NCBI GenBank assembly: GCA_938034555.1
Contig: CALHLT010000022.1
Location: forward strand, 11,372-75,371
Direction of reading: 5' to 3'
From: an uncultured Bacillota bacterium
GTDB taxonomy: Bacteria; Bacillota; Clostridia; Christensenellales; UBA1242
Length of the DNA stretch: 64,000 nt
Every line of letters begins with the position of its first letter. The stretch's first letter is position 1. The notes under the pieces were generated by a model. The model saw only the letters and a list, made by a program, of their open reading frames with translations. It made no database searches and was not told the origin of the DNA. Both the position numbers and the translations under genes were made by a program. Below, in pieces: positions 9,938-21,085 of this stretch.

Positions 9938-10556
9938 CTTCTTCTCCTTCATTTAACATATCATAAATCAAATTTTTAACAACAGGGTTAATTTCTTCAA
10001 GAGAAAAACCTTTTGAAAAAAGATGAGCAGAAAGTTTTTGCGCGGTTTTTTTGTCTTTTGGTTTCCCTTTGATAAATTTTTCTGCAAGGGCAGTTAAATC
10101 GTCGCTTTTAAATTGATATTCTTCCAAAACCTTGTTAATTATTTCTTGCGAAACACCTTTACTTTTAAGTTCAAACTCTAAAAGGCGTTTTCCTTTCTTA
10201 AAGGAATAGGATTTAACATATAAACTTGCGAAGGCTTCGTCGTCGATATAGTTATATTCTTCAAGCTTTTCAAGGCAGTAGGCAACGGTTTTTGAAGTGT
10301 AGCCTTTTCCATAAAGATAGTCTTTAATTTGTTTTTTTGTTTTTGGAACGGAAAGAAGTTTAAGACAGCGGTCGAACGCAACAAGTTTTTCGTTTTCGGC
10401 TTGCGCGCTTTCAATTTTTTCTTTCGAAATATGCTCGCCAACTTTTAAGTTGTTTTTAACAATTGTTTCCGCGTTAAGTTTGCAAAAAAAACTTCCGTCA
10501 AGGAAAATTGAATATGTGTCTTTCCCGTGCTTAATTAAATTTGTTATCTCGCTCAT
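9921..10556 (-). CDS. recX: recombination regulator RecX
   Basis: Repeated three-helix modules, including KQIKDYLYGKGYTSKTVAYCLEKLEEYNYIDDEAFA. TGaTATACT ends 7 nt before the ATG. Confidence 0.8.
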   Translation of the reverse strand: MSEITNLIKHGKDTYSIFLDGSFFCKLNAETIVKNNLKVGEHISKEKIESAQAENEKLVAFDRCLKLLSVPKTKKQIKDYLYGKGYTSKTVAYCLEKLEEYNYIDDEAFASLYVKSYSFKKGKRLLEFELKSKGVSQEIINKVLEEYQFKSDDLTALAEKFIKGKPKDKKTAQKLSAHLFSKGFSLEEINPVVKNLIYDMLNEGEEDESWN

Positions 10557-10639
10557 AATTTTAAGTATATCACACCTTTTTGATTGACAAAAATTTTTTT
10601 TTAATTTAATCTTTAAATTACTTAAACATAAGGAGAAAT

Positions 10640-11905
10640 ATGAGAGAAGTTAAAGTAACTCGCGAAAATTTGTTTGAGCACCTTAAAGAAAGAGGATTTG
10701 TTTATCAAACAACAAACGAGGAAGAAGTTAAAAAACTTTGCAATGGGGAGCCAATAACTCTTTATTCCGGTTATGACCCAACGGCGGACAGTTTGCATAT
10801 TGGACATTTTTTCTCGCTTTTGATGCTTCGAAAATTCCAACAAGCAGGGCACAGAGTTATTGTTCTTCTTGGTGGGGCAACAGCTATGATTGGAGACCCA
10901 AGCGGAAGAAACGACATGAGAAATATGGTTTCAAAAGATTTTGTTACCAACAACTATGAGAAAATTCGCGCAACAATTGGGAAAGCGGTTGACCTAGAGG
11001 GAGAAAACAAAGCGATTATTGTTAACAACGCAGAATGGATGCGCGGCTATGACTATGTTGATTTCATGCGTGATGTTGGAACGCACTTTAATGTTGCGCA
11101 TATGCTTGCTTCGGAATCTTGCCAAAGCAGAATGAAAGCGGGCGGGCTAACATTCTTTGAAATGGGATATATGCTCATTCAAGCATACGACTTTGTATAT
11201 CTTAACAGACATTATGATTGCAGATTGCAAATTGGCGGAAGCGATCAATGGGGAAACATTGTTGCAGGAACGGAACTTGGAAGAAAACTTAACTTTCTTG
11301 CAGGGAATGACGACCCACACACTTTCCAAGCCTTAACAAGCCCACTTTTAACCGACCATAACGGAAAGAAAATGGGAAAAACATCAAAAGGCGCGCTTTG
11401 GATTTCAAAGGACAAAACTTCAACATATGAATTCTATCAATATTTCCTTAACGTTGACGATAAAGACGTTGTTAAACTTTTAAAATTGTTCACGAACTAT
11501 TATGTTGAAGACATTGAAGAACTTGCTTCAAAAGACATTCGCGCTGCAAAACAACTTATGGCATACGAAATAACAAAACTGATTCACGGCGAAAAAGATG
11601 CAAACGAAGCAGTTGAAGCCTCAAAAGCGCTTTTTGGCGGCGGGGCAGACCTTTCAAACGCACCAACAGTTGAAGTTTCCAAACAAGAACTTGAAAACGG
11701 AATTCGCGTTTTGGAAGTTGCTCTTCGCGCTTCGCTTGTTCCAAGTTTTTCGGAAGGGCGCCGTCTTGTTGTGCAAGGTGCGATTGTTTTGAACGACGAA
11801 AAAATAACAAATCCAAACGAACTTCTTAAAGCCGAAAACTTTGCCCAAGGTTATGCAATTTTGAAAAAAGGCAAGAAAAATCTTGTTAAAATTGATTTGG
11901 TTTAG
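10640..11905 (+). CDS. tyrS: tyrosine--tRNA ligase
   Basis: HIGH motif (SLHIGH), KMSKS-type KMGKT, and a C-terminal S4 domain. AAGGAG is present upstream. Confidence 0.95.
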   Translation: MREVKVTRENLFEHLKERGFVYQTTNEEEVKKLCNGEPITLYSGYDPTADSLHIGHFFSLLMLRKFQQAGHRVIVLLGGATAMIGDPSGRNDMRNMVSKDFVTNNYEKIRATIGKAVDLEGENKAIIVNNAEWMRGYDYVDFMRDVGTHFNVAHMLASESCQSRMKAGGLTFFEMGYMLIQAYDFVYLNRHYDCRLQIGGSDQWGNIVAGTELGRKLNFLAGNDDPHTFQALTSPLLTDHNGKKMGKTSKGALWISKDKTSTYEFYQYFLNVDDKDVVKLLKLFTNYYVEDIEELASKDIRAAKQLMAYEITKLIHGEKDANEAVEASKALFGGGADLSNAPTVEVSKQELENGIRVLEVALRASLVPSFSEGRRLVVQGAIVLNDEKITNPNELLKAENFAQGYAILKKGKKNLVKIDLV

Positions 11906-11912
11906 ATAAAAA

Positions 11913-12275
11913 ATGGCACTTGTTGAAATTAAAAAATCAAAATTTATAAGTTTATGCTTCGAAGTTAAAAGCGCGGAAGATGTTTCAAAAATTTTGGAAA
12001 ACATCAAAAAAGAAAACAAAAAAGCAACCCATGTTTGCTATGCCTATCGAATTGTTGGGGCGGAGTTTTTGGAAAAAGCATTCGACGACGGCGAACCTTC
12101 GGGAACGGCTGGAAAACCAATTTTGAATGTCATTCAAAAACAAAATCTTTCAAATGTTTTAATTGTTGTTGTTCGATTTTTTGGCGGAATTAAACTTGGC
12201 GCTGGTGGGCTTTTAAGGGCATATTCGAAAGCCGCAAGCGAGGCAGTTAAAGAATTTTTGGAAAAGCAAAATTAA
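11913..12275 (+). CDS. IMPACT/YigZ family protein, N-terminal domain only
   Basis: UPF0029 signature HVCYAY...DDGEPSGTAGKPIL...VVRFFGGIKLG. Confidence 0.75.
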   Translation: MALVEIKKSKFISLCFEVKSAEDVSKILENIKKENKKATHVCYAYRIVGAEFLEKAFDDGEPSGTAGKPILNVIQKQNLSNVLIVVVRFFGGIKLGAGGLLRAYSKAASEAVKEFLEKQN

Positions 12276-12429
12276 TTTTTTGCTTTTCCTTTTTTATGGT
12301 TAATTTAACTAACTTTAACTTAAAAAATTTTTTGGCAAAAAACAAATTGTTTTTTAGCAAATTATAATCTTTTCCAAAGTAAATTTGCTTTAAAAATTAA
12401 AAAAATCATGCATTTTTGCATGATTTTTC

Positions 12430-14694
12430 TTAAATATACCAACTTTTTTGAGAAATTTGAGTTGTTTTTGCCTCTTTTCCAAGGAAATGGACAATGTTTG
12501 AATTGTCGCTTGAAACTTCTTCGTTTGTTGAAAAATTTTTAATTTTTGAAACAAGGAAAAATTTGGATTCTTTGTCGCTTTGAGGAAGAGTGTAGGTAAC
12601 TTTTCCGTTTTGCCCGCCAAAGGTTTTAACAAGTTTATTTTCGTCGTTTTCAATTCGGTAGAGTTCATAGGTTATATGGCTTTGCGCATCGAATTCAAAA
12701 ACGTAATTTCCGTTTACAATTTTTCCGTTTAAAGTTGCTGGTTCAACTTTAAGGAAGTTTGTTGATTTTTCTTTTGGAAGGTTAAATCTTGAAAACACTT
12801 CGGTAAGTTTATAGCGCGAAGGCGTGAAATCGTTTGCGGTTTGAACAATGTTGTTGTTTTCATATTCAAGCGCGTCAATTTCAACTTCTGTAATGCTTGA
12901 CGGAACTCTAAAATCTTTTGGCGTTTCGGTTTTGTAAATTGCTTTGAAATAGTTTTTAATCATGTTGGTTGGGGCTTTCCCGCCGGTTAAATAACCAATG
13001 TTATTTCCTGTTAAATCGCCAACCCAAGTTGCAACTGTGTCTTTTGTTGTTAGTGCAACCGAGAATGCATCGGAGTTTGTTGCGCCAACGCCAACCGTTC
13101 CGCTTTTTCCAGCAATTTGGAAAGGAAGGGAGGCAAGTCGTTTTGATGTTCCTTTTTTTGCCGAGGTTTCCATCATCGAAACCATAAGATAGTTTGAGTC
13201 TTCGCGGAAAACTTCGTCGGGAACAAACTTTGCTTCATAAATTGTTTTTCCGTTTTCGTCTTCAATTTTTTTAATGAATTTTGCGCCATAAAATTTTCCG
13301 TTGTTAGCAAAAGTCGTGTATGCTGCGGCAAGAGTTTTAATGTTTGTTCCATATGTCATTCCGCCAAGCGCAAGGGCATAGCCGTTGTCGTTTTCGTCAA
13401 ACTTAATTCCAAGACGCGTTGCATATCTTTTTGCTTTTGGAATTCCAACGTATGAAAGAATTTTAACTGCTGGAATGTTGCTTGAAAGGCTTAGGGCTTC
13501 GCGGGTGCTTAAGTGTCCGCGAAAAGTTTTTTCAAAGTTTTGTGGTTTGTATCCGTTGATGTTAATTTCCTCGTCCAAAATTTTTGTTGCGGGAGATACA
13601 ATGTTTTCGTTAAGCGCTGGGGCATAAACAAGAAGAGGCTTGATTGTTGAGCCCGGTTGACGTTTCGTTTTTAAAACATTATAGGCGCTTTTCCCATAGA
13701 ACGCTTCAATTCCGTGGGTTAAGTTGTTAATTGAAATTCCTGCTTGGTCGAAACCAAGTTCTTCGGCGTCGATTGCGGCTTTAAGCGCGTCTTGTTTTTC
13801 TTTCGAGAAGAAAGTGTGAATTTTATATTTTCCAATTGCAATTTGTTTTGCTGGCATCTTCAAAATTTCTTCGGCTTCCATAATTGCGCCTTGGGAATAG
13901 GTGTTTTGCCCGCGGTCGAATGTTTCGTTGATTTTAAGAACAAGGTCGGTTTCGCGCGCTTTTTGAGCAACTTCTTGTGAAATTTTTCCGTCTTTTTCCA
14001 TTTCCGAAAGAACAAGGTTTCTTCGTTTAAGGCAGCGTTCTTTATGCTGGATTGGGTCGAAAAGCCCTGGGGATTTTATAAGCGCGGCAAGCGTTGCGCC
14101 TTCTTCAAGAGTAAGTTCGCTTGCACTTTTTGAAAAATAGAATTGGGAAGCATTTTCAATTCCATAAATGTTGTTTCCATAGTAAATTACATTAAGATAG
14201 TTTTCAAGAATTTCGTCTTTTGAAAGTTCTTTTTCCATTTCAAGCGCAAGCGAAATTTCTTTAATTTTTCGTGAATATGTTTTTTCGCTTGAAAGGTGGG
14301 TGTTTTTAATAAGTTGTTGGGAAATTGTTGATGCGCCTTGCGACGCTTTTCCCTTTGAAATATTGTTTAAAATTGCCTTAACAATTCGCTTTGGGTTAAT
14401 TCCGTTATGAGAATAAAATGTTTTGTCTTCAATTGAAATAAACGCGTCAACTGTTTCTTTTGGAATTTTTGAAAGACTTATGTATTGGCTGTTAAAAAGG
14501 CTTTTGTCGGAAAGAAGATTTCCGTCGTCTCCATAAACTTCAATTTTCATGTTGGCGTTAATAAGTTTGTTTTGGTCGAATGTTTCGCTTCTTGAAATTG
14601 AAAAGAAAATTGATGCAAAAACGCTTGCAACAATAAACAAAAGTGCAAAAACGCTTGCAACAACAATTAAACTAATTTTCTTTGCCTTCTTCAC
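12430..14694 (-). CDS. class A penicillin-binding protein (glycosyltransferase + transpeptidase)
   Basis: N-terminal TM helix, GT51 motif EDKTFYSHNGI, and transpeptidase motifs STIKP, SSN and KSGT. It has an extra C-terminal domain and a GTG start. Confidence 0.9.
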   Translation of the reverse strand: MKKAKKISLIVVASVFALLFIVASVFASIFFSISRSETFDQNKLINANMKIEVYGDDGNLLSDKSLFNSQYISLSKIPKETVDAFISIEDKTFYSHNGINPKRIVKAILNNISKGKASQGASTISQQLIKNTHLSSEKTYSRKIKEISLALEMEKELSKDEILENYLNVIYYGNNIYGIENASQFYFSKSASELTLEEGATLAALIKSPGLFDPIQHKERCLKRRNLVLSEMEKDGKISQEVAQKARETDLVLKINETFDRGQNTYSQGAIMEAEEILKMPAKQIAIGKYKIHTFFSKEKQDALKAAIDAEELGFDQAGISINNLTHGIEAFYGKSAYNVLKTKRQPGSTIKPLLVYAPALNENIVSPATKILDEEININGYKPQNFEKTFRGHLSTREALSLSSNIPAVKILSYVGIPKAKRYATRLGIKFDENDNGYALALGGMTYGTNIKTLAAAYTTFANNGKFYGAKFIKKIEDENGKTIYEAKFVPDEVFREDSNYLMVSMMETSAKKGTSKRLASLPFQIAGKSGTVGVGATNSDAFSVALTTKDTVATWVGDLTGNNIGYLTGGKAPTNMIKNYFKAIYKTETPKDFRVPSSITEVEIDALEYENNNIVQTANDFTPSRYKLTEVFSRFNLPKEKSTNFLKVEPATLNGKIVNGNYVFEFDAQSHITYELYRIENDENKLVKTFGGQNGKVTYTLPQSDKESKFFLVSKIKNFSTNEEVSSDNSNIVHFLGKEAKTTQISQKSWYI

Positions 14695-14823
14695 AAAAAA
14701 TATTATTTGTCATTATCAAAAATATATTATGAATGTTGAAAGTTTGTTAAATTTTTGGAAAATAAAGTTTCAAAAAAAGTTTTTGTTTCTTGAAACTTTG
14801 TGATATATTGTTTTGGAATTGAT

Positions 14824-15960
14824 ATGGAAGAAACATACACACAAAACGAAAAAGCATTAATTTTTTTAAGTTTGTTCGACATTGTTCCTCAAAAGGAAAT
14901 TGAACTTCTTTCTCTTTTTGAAAGCCCAAGCGCGCTTTTGGAAAACTTTTTTGAAAGAGAAAATGAAATTAACGCGCTCTTTTCAAAAGGAATGAGAAAC
15001 GGCTCGAAAGCAGCCGACGGGAAAACACATAAAACAGTTGAGCAAATGAAAGACGCCCTTAACGAAAACTTGCTTTCGTCATACATAAAAAATTTAAACA
15101 GTAAAAACATTTTTGTTTTAACGCCATACAGCGAAAACTATCCTAAAAAACTTTTGGAACTTGATTTTCCGCCTCAAACGCTTTTTTGCATTGGCGATGT
15201 TTCGCTTCTTGGGACAGATTGCATTGGTGTTGTTGGAACAAGAACTCCAACGCCATATGGAAAGATTGTAACCGAAAAATTTACGCGAGGGCTTTGCGAA
15301 AATAATTTCACAATTGTTAGCGGGCTTGCTGCTGGGGTTGACACAATTGCCCATAGAACCGCGCTTGACAACAGCGGAAAAACAATTGCGGTTCTTGGCG
15401 GCGGCTTTGAACATATTTTCCCTTCGTTCAACATTGAACTTGCAAAAAGAATTTCAAACGAAGGACTTTTGATAAGTGAATATCGCCCAAGTTTTGTTCC
15501 TGCGCAATACACTTTCCCTCTTCGAAACCGCATTATTGCCGGGCTTTCGCTTGGAATTTTAATAACCGAAGCGGGCGAGAGAAGTGGCGCGCTCCACACC
15601 AAAGAGTTTGCTCTTGAACTTGGCCGCGAAGTTTTTGCCGTTCCAGGGAACATAAACAGCCTTATGAGCAAAGGAACAAACAGGCTTATTCGAAGCGCGC
15701 AAGGCGCTTGTGTTTTAGACTTTGAAGATATTGTTTGCGTTTTTCGTCAAAACATTGTAAAATCTTCAACTGTTAATATTTCGCAACTTAGTTTTGACGA
15801 CCAAAAAATTGTTTCCTTGCTTGAAAAAGGCGAAAAGACAATTGAAGAGTTAACAGAAAAAACTGGCTTCCCAATTCAAAAACTTAACGCACTTTTAACA
15901 ATGCTTGAAATTAAAGGGCTTGTTAAACAGTTGCCGGGAAACACATATGTTTTAATTTAA
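14824..15960 (+). CDS. dprA: DNA processing protein DprA (Smf)
   Basis: DprA Rossmann core GVVGTRTPTPYGK...SGLAAGVD...VPGNINS and a C-terminal wHTH. The start is set at ATG 14824. Confidence 0.9.
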   Translation: MEETYTQNEKALIFLSLFDIVPQKEIELLSLFESPSALLENFFERENEINALFSKGMRNGSKAADGKTHKTVEQMKDALNENLLSSYIKNLNSKNIFVLTPYSENYPKKLLELDFPPQTLFCIGDVSLLGTDCIGVVGTRTPTPYGKIVTEKFTRGLCENNFTIVSGLAAGVDTIAHRTALDNSGKTIAVLGGGFEHIFPSFNIELAKRISNEGLLISEYRPSFVPAQYTFPLRNRIIAGLSLGILITEAGERSGALHTKEFALELGREVFAVPGNINSLMSKGTNRLIRSAQGACVLDFEDIVCVFRQNIVKSSTVNISQLSFDDQKIVSLLEKGEKTIEELTEKTGFPIQKLNALLTMLEIKGLVKQLPGNTYVLI

Positions 15961-15978
15961 AAATATAGGAGAATGAGA

Positions 15979-17994
15979 ATGAAATTAGTTATCATCGAAG
16001 GACCAGGTAAAAGAGAAACATTAAAAAAATATTTAGGACAAGGCTATGAAGTTTTTGCAACAAAGGGGCATGTTCGCGACCTTCCTGCAAAAGATTTTGG
16101 CGTTGACCTTCGAACAATTGTTCCAAAATATGAAATTATGGAAGACAAAGTTGACCTTATTGCCGAACTTAAAAAGAAAGCAAAAAAGGCAGACGAAGTT
16201 TTAATCGCAACCGACCCGGATAGGGAAGGGGAAGCAATTGCTTGGCATATTGCCTACATTTTGGGAATTGACCCAGAAACAAAATGCAGAATTGAGTTTA
16301 ACGAAATTTCGAAAAAAGCAGTTACCGAAGCGTTAACAAAGCCAAGAGCAATTAACATGGACCTTGTTAATGCTCAACAAACAAGAAGAATTTTGGACAG
16401 AATTGTTGGCTATAAACTTTCGCCAATAATTTGCAAAAGAATCAAACCAAAACTTAGCGCAGGACGTGTTCAATCTGTTGCTTTAAAACTTGTTTGCGAC
16501 CGTGAAAAGGAAATTAATGCTTTCGTTCCAGAAGAATATTGGAACATATCTGCCGACCTTGAAAACAAGGAAAAAGCAAAGTTTAAAGCGGCTTTAAACA
16601 CAATTGATGGCAAAAAAGCAAAAGTTTCAAACGAAGAAGAAGCAAACAAAATTAAACAAGACCTTTCTGGCGCATCATATGTTGTTGCAAACATTAAGAA
16701 AACTCAAACAAAATCGCATGCGCCAGCACCTTTCACAACAAGCACCATGCAACAAGATGCGCTTAATAAACTTGGAATGAATCTTAAAAAGACGTCGCTT
16801 TGCGCGCAACAACTTTATGAAGGTGTTGAGATTGAAGGCGAAGGAAAAGTTGCTCTTATAACATACATCAGAACAGATAGCACGCGTGTTTCGCCAGACG
16901 CACAAGCATTAACTCTTGCCTACATTGCAAAACAATATGGCGATAAATATGTCCCTTCAAAACCTAACATCTATAAAACGAAAGAAACAGCGCAAGACGC
17001 CCACGAAGCAATTCGTCCAATTTCAATTGAAAGAACTCCTGCAAGCGTTATGAGTTCGCTTTCGCCAGATAACTTTAAACTTTATAAACTTATTTACGAA
17101 CGTTTCCTTGCAAGCCAAATGAGCGATGCGCTTTATAACAATGTTAACGTTGATATTTCCGCAAATAACTATGGATTTAAAGCAGTTGGGAAAACTGTTG
17201 AATTCTTAGGTTACACGGCAGTTTATAAAAACTACGTTGAAAAAGAAGACGACCCTTCAAAAATTCCACCTCTTTCTGTTGGTGAAACGCTTGGACTTGT
17301 TAAATTCAACATGGAACAAAAGTTCACAAAGCCACCTGCACGCTACACAGAAGCAAGTTTGGTTAAGGAAATGGAAGAAAAGGGAATTGGTCGACCTGCA
17401 ACATATGCAATGACAATAACAACCCTTGCAACACGTTCCTACACGGCGCTTGACGGGAAATATCTCTATCCAACAGAACTTGGAAAAGTTGTTGACGAAT
17501 ACTTAGCAAAAAATTTCCATCAAGTTATTAATGTTAAATTCACAGCGGATATGGAAACGCGTCTTGACGAAATTGCTGAACAAGGAAAAGATTGGCAAGC
17601 GGTTGCAAGCAGTTTTTGGAACAGTTTCTCTGGTCTTTTAACAAAAGCCGGCGCAAACTATGACAAAATTAAAGTTGCACCAGAAAAAACCGATATTGTT
17701 TGCGATAAATGCGGCGCACCAATGGTAATTCGTGAAGGAAGATATGGAAAATTCCTTGGATGCAGCGCCTATCCAAAATGCAATAATATTATGAAACTTA
17801 ATGCTCAAGCATCGCAAAGTGAAGAAAAGCCAAAATATGAACCAAAAGTTATTGGGAAATGCCCAGAATGCCACGACGGAGATATAACAGTTCGAAGAAG
17901 TAAGGCAGGAAGAATGTATTATGCATGCAATAAATGTAAGTTCTATTCATTCGTTAACCCAATGAAAAATAAAACAGAAGAAACAGCAAACTAA
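15979..17994 (+). CDS. topA: DNA topoisomerase I
   Basis: Toprim motifs (LVIIEGPGK, DPDREGE), YIRTDS active-site region, and C-terminal Cys4 zinc ribbons. AGGAG lies 7 nt before ATG 15979. Confidence 0.95.
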   Translation: MKLVIIEGPGKRETLKKYLGQGYEVFATKGHVRDLPAKDFGVDLRTIVPKYEIMEDKVDLIAELKKKAKKADEVLIATDPDREGEAIAWHIAYILGIDPETKCRIEFNEISKKAVTEALTKPRAINMDLVNAQQTRRILDRIVGYKLSPIICKRIKPKLSAGRVQSVALKLVCDREKEINAFVPEEYWNISADLENKEKAKFKAALNTIDGKKAKVSNEEEANKIKQDLSGASYVVANIKKTQTKSHAPAPFTTSTMQQDALNKLGMNLKKTSLCAQQLYEGVEIEGEGKVALITYIRTDSTRVSPDAQALTLAYIAKQYGDKYVPSKPNIYKTKETAQDAHEAIRPISIERTPASVMSSLSPDNFKLYKLIYERFLASQMSDALYNNVNVDISANNYGFKAVGKTVEFLGYTAVYKNYVEKEDDPSKIPPLSVGETLGLVKFNMEQKFTKPPARYTEASLVKEMEEKGIGRPATYAMTITTLATRSYTALDGKYLYPTELGKVVDEYLAKNFHQVINVKFTADMETRLDEIAEQGKDWQAVASSFWNSFSGLLTKAGANYDKIKVAPEKTDIVCDKCGAPMVIREGRYGKFLGCSAYPKCNNIMKLNAQASQSEEKPKYEPKVIGKCPECHDGDITVRRSKAGRMYYACNKCKFYSFVNPMKNKTEETAN

Positions 17995-18125
17995 AACTTG
18001 CTGTTTTTTTATGTTATAAACATTAAATTAGGCAATCATTATTTCAAGATGAAAAGCAAAAAGATTTGGAATTTCATTTTGATAAATTGCTTTTAAGATA
18101 TATAATACAAGAAATGGAGGATTAA

Positions 18126-18659
18126 ATGGAACTTAGAGGAACAACAATATGTGCTGTTAGAAAAAACGGCAAAACTGCAATTGCGGGAGATGGACAAGTT
18201 ACAATGCAAAACAGTGTTATCTTTAAAGACAATGCAGTTAAGGTTAGAAGAATTTATAACGGAAAAGTTGTTATTGGCTTTGCTGGAAGCGTTGCCGATG
18301 CGTTCAGTCTTTGCGAACGCTTTGAAGAAATGCTTAACAAATATTCCGGAAACTTAATGAGAAGCGCGGTTGAACTTGCGCAACTTTGGCGCGGAGATAA
18401 GGTTCTTAGAAAACTTGAAGCAATGATGATTGTTGCAAATGAAGAACAAATGTTAATTCTTTCGGGAATGGGCGATGTTATTGAACCTTCCGACGGCGTT
18501 TGCGCAATTGGCTCGGGTGGAAACTATGCCTTGGCGGCGGCAAAAGCGTTAATTGAAAACACAAAACTTAGCGCAAAAGAAATTGCAAAAAAATCGCTTG
18601 AAATTGCCGGACAAATTTGCGTATTCACAAATGACCACTTAACAATTGAGGAAATTTAA
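18126..18659 (+). CDS. hslV: ATP-dependent protease subunit HslV
   Basis: N-terminal GTTICAV threonine protease start and GSGG motif. It is adjacent to hslU. Confidence 0.95.
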   Translation: MELRGTTICAVRKNGKTAIAGDGQVTMQNSVIFKDNAVKVRRIYNGKVVIGFAGSVADAFSLCERFEEMLNKYSGNLMRSAVELAQLWRGDKVLRKLEAMMIVANEEQMLILSGMGDVIEPSDGVCAIGSGGNYALAAAKALIENTKLSAKEIAKKSLEIAGQICVFTNDHLTIEEI

Positions 18660-18669
18660 GGAGAGGAAA

Positions 18670-19980
18670 ATGAATTTAACACCAAAACAAATTGTTGACG
18701 AATTAAATCAATATATAATTGGGCAAGACGAAGCGAAAAAAGCGGTTGCTGTTGCCCTTAGAAACAGATATCGTCGAAGCAAACTTTCAAAAGAAATGCG
18801 CGACGAAATAACACCAAAAAACATTATTATGAAAGGCCCAACAGGGGTTGGAAAAACAGAAATTGCAAGACGCCTTGCAAAACTTGTTAAAGCGCCTTTC
18901 ATTAAAATTGAAGCAACAAAATACACCGAAGTTGGCTATGTTGGGCGCGATGTTGAAAGCATGGTTCGCGACCTTGTTGAAACATCGGTTCGAATGGTTA
19001 AAGACGAAAAACAACACGAAGTTGAAAAGAAAGCAAAAGTTACTGTTGATAAAATTTTGCTTGACGCAATTTACAAATCGGAATTTGCAAAAAATCCAAA
19101 TTCAAATGCCGACGAACTTAAGGAAAAACTTAAAGTTCTTTATGACGAAGGAAAACTTGACGAACAAACCGTTGAAATTGAAGTTCAAGATGTTCCAAAA
19201 CCTCTCGACTTAACAAGCGGAGTTGCCGAAATTAACCTTGGAAGCATGCTTGGCGGAATTTTCCCACAAAGAAAAAAGCGCCGCAAACTTAGTGTTTTGG
19301 AAGCACGCGAACTTTTAACAAACGAAGAATGCGACAAGATGATTGATATGGACAGTGTTAACAGCGAGGCAATTAAACGCGCGGAAGAAGAGGGAATAAT
19401 TTTCATCGACGAAATTGATAAAGTTATTGGAAAAGCCGCAACTTCAAACGGGCCAGATGTTTCGCGCGAAGGCGTTCAACGCGATATTTTGCCAATTGTT
19501 GAAGGCTCAACTGTTGCAACGAAATATGGAAATGTTAAAACAGATTTCATTTTGTTTATTGCTTCTGGCGCATTCCATGTTTCAAAAATTGAGGACATGA
19601 TTCCAGAACTTCAAGGACGTTTCCCAATTAAAGTTGAACTTAAAAACTTAACAAAAGACGATTTCTATAAAATTTTAACCGAAACAAAAACTTCTGTAAC
19701 AACGCAATATGCCGAACTTTTAAAGATTGATAACATCGACCTTGATTTCACCGATGATGCACTTAAAGAAATTGCCGAAATTGCCGAAGAAGAAAACGAA
19801 ACAAACGAAAACATTGGCGCGCGCCGTCTACACTCCATAATTGAAAAAGTTTTGGAAGACATTTCGTTTAATGCAACAGGCGAAAATCCTCTTGTTAAAG
19901 TTGTTATCGACAAAAACTATGTTCAAAATGCTTTTGGCGAAGACAGAAAAAAATATGACCTTAAAAAGTATGTTTTATAA
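18670..19980 (+). CDS. hslU: ATP-dependent protease ATPase subunit HslU
   Basis: LTPKQIVDELNQYIIGQ, Walker A GPTGVGKTE, and Walker B IIFIDEIDK. GGAGAGG lies upstream. Confidence 0.95.
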   Translation: MNLTPKQIVDELNQYIIGQDEAKKAVAVALRNRYRRSKLSKEMRDEITPKNIIMKGPTGVGKTEIARRLAKLVKAPFIKIEATKYTEVGYVGRDVESMVRDLVETSVRMVKDEKQHEVEKKAKVTVDKILLDAIYKSEFAKNPNSNADELKEKLKVLYDEGKLDEQTVEIEVQDVPKPLDLTSGVAEINLGSMLGGIFPQRKKRRKLSVLEARELLTNEECDKMIDMDSVNSEAIKRAEEEGIIFIDEIDKVIGKAATSNGPDVSREGVQRDILPIVEGSTVATKYGNVKTDFILFIASGAFHVSKIEDMIPELQGRFPIKVELKNLTKDDFYKILTETKTSVTTQYAELLKIDNIDLDFTDDALKEIAEIAEEENETNENIGARRLHSIIEKVLEDISFNATGENPLVKVVIDKNYVQNAFGEDRKKYDLKKYVL

Positions 19981-20663
19981 TGGAAAGATTTAAACGAACC
20001 GAAATTATGTTTGGAAAAGAAAACATGGACAAATTATATAATGCCCATGTTCTTGTTATTGGCGTTGGGGGAGTTGGCGGCTATGTTTGCGAAATGCTTG
20101 CAAGAAGCGGCGTTGGCGCGCTTACAATTGTTGATTTTGATGTTGTTTCGCTTTCAAACATAAATCGCCAAATCATTGCGCTTTCTTCAACTGTTGGTCT
20201 TCCAAAAGTTGAGGTTATGGAAAAGAGAATTAAAGAAATCAACCCTAATTGCGTCGTAACGTCAAAATTGCTTAAAGTAAATAAAGAAACAATTGGCGAA
20301 GTTTTTGATTCAAAATTTAACTATGTTGTTGACGCAATCGACAACTTGGAAGGAAAAGTTGAGTTAATTAAAGCTGCAAAAGAGCGAAATATTCCAATAA
20401 TTTCCGCAATGGGCGCGGGAAATAGAATTCAAATTCCTGTTTTTAGAATTTGCGATGTTTATAAAACATACAACGACGGGCTTGCAAGAAAATTTAGGAA
20501 AATGCTTCGAGAACAGTGCATTGAAAGCCTTGATGTTTGTTTTTGCGATGAAAAGTCAATTCCAAATCCAAATGAAAAAGTTGTTGGTTCAACGGCATAT
20601 TCGCCTTCAATGTGTGGAAGCACAATTTCTGCGTTTGTTGTTTTAAAACTTATAAATGAATGA
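19980..20663 (+). CDS. tcdA: tRNA threonylcarbamoyladenosine dehydratase (ThiF-family, TcdA/CsdL-like)
   Basis: The ThiF fold VIGVGGVGGY...NINRQ resembles the remembered E. coli TcdA. The start overlaps the hslU stop (TAATG). Confidence 0.8.
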   Translation: MERFKRTEIMFGKENMDKLYNAHVLVIGVGGVGGYVCEMLARSGVGALTIVDFDVVSLSNINRQIIALSSTVGLPKVEVMEKRIKEINPNCVVTSKLLKVNKETIGEVFDSKFNYVVDAIDNLEGKVELIKAAKERNIPIISAMGAGNRIQIPVFRICDVYKTYNDGLARKFRKMLREQCIESLDVCFCDEKSIPNPNEKVVGSTAYSPSMCGSTISAFVVLKLINE

Positions 20664-20707
20664 AATTTATTTGTTAAAGAAAAGGTTTAGTGGTAAAATA
20701 AAATTGT

Positions 20708-21085
20708 ATGAAAAAGAAAAAACAAAAACCAATTTTTGAAAATTGCATTGTTTTGGAAGCGGGAGAAAAATCTGCCTTAATTCAAGCGGGCGAAAACAAA
20801 ATTGTTGCAAGAACTCCCAAAAAACTTGAAAAAGGCGAAAGAGTTTTGCTTTTTAAAGCGGCAACTTTTCCAAAAACGCTTGAAATATTTTTATATTTAA
20901 TTCCGCTATATTTCTTTGCACTATCGTTTGGGTTTGGGTTCTTTTTCAAAAACAGTTTAACGCACTATTTGGTAACCCTTGGCGCAAGTTTGCTTGGAAT
21001 TTTAGTTTTGCTTGTTTTGCGCTTCACAATTGGGAAAATGCCAGAAAATAAGTTTATTGCGATTAAAGATGGAGGGAAAAAATGA
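20708..21085 (+). CDS. small membrane protein, possibly RseC/MucC-like
   Basis: An N-terminal soluble beta-rich segment is followed by two or three TM helices. It overlaps the trxA start. TGgTAAAAT ends 8 nt before the ATG. Confidence 0.4.
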   Translation: MKKKKQKPIFENCIVLEAGEKSALIQAGENKIVARTPKKLEKGERVLLFKAATFPKTLEIFLYLIPLYFFALSFGFGFFFKNSLTHYLVTLGASLLGILVLLVLRFTIGKMPENKFIAIKDGGKK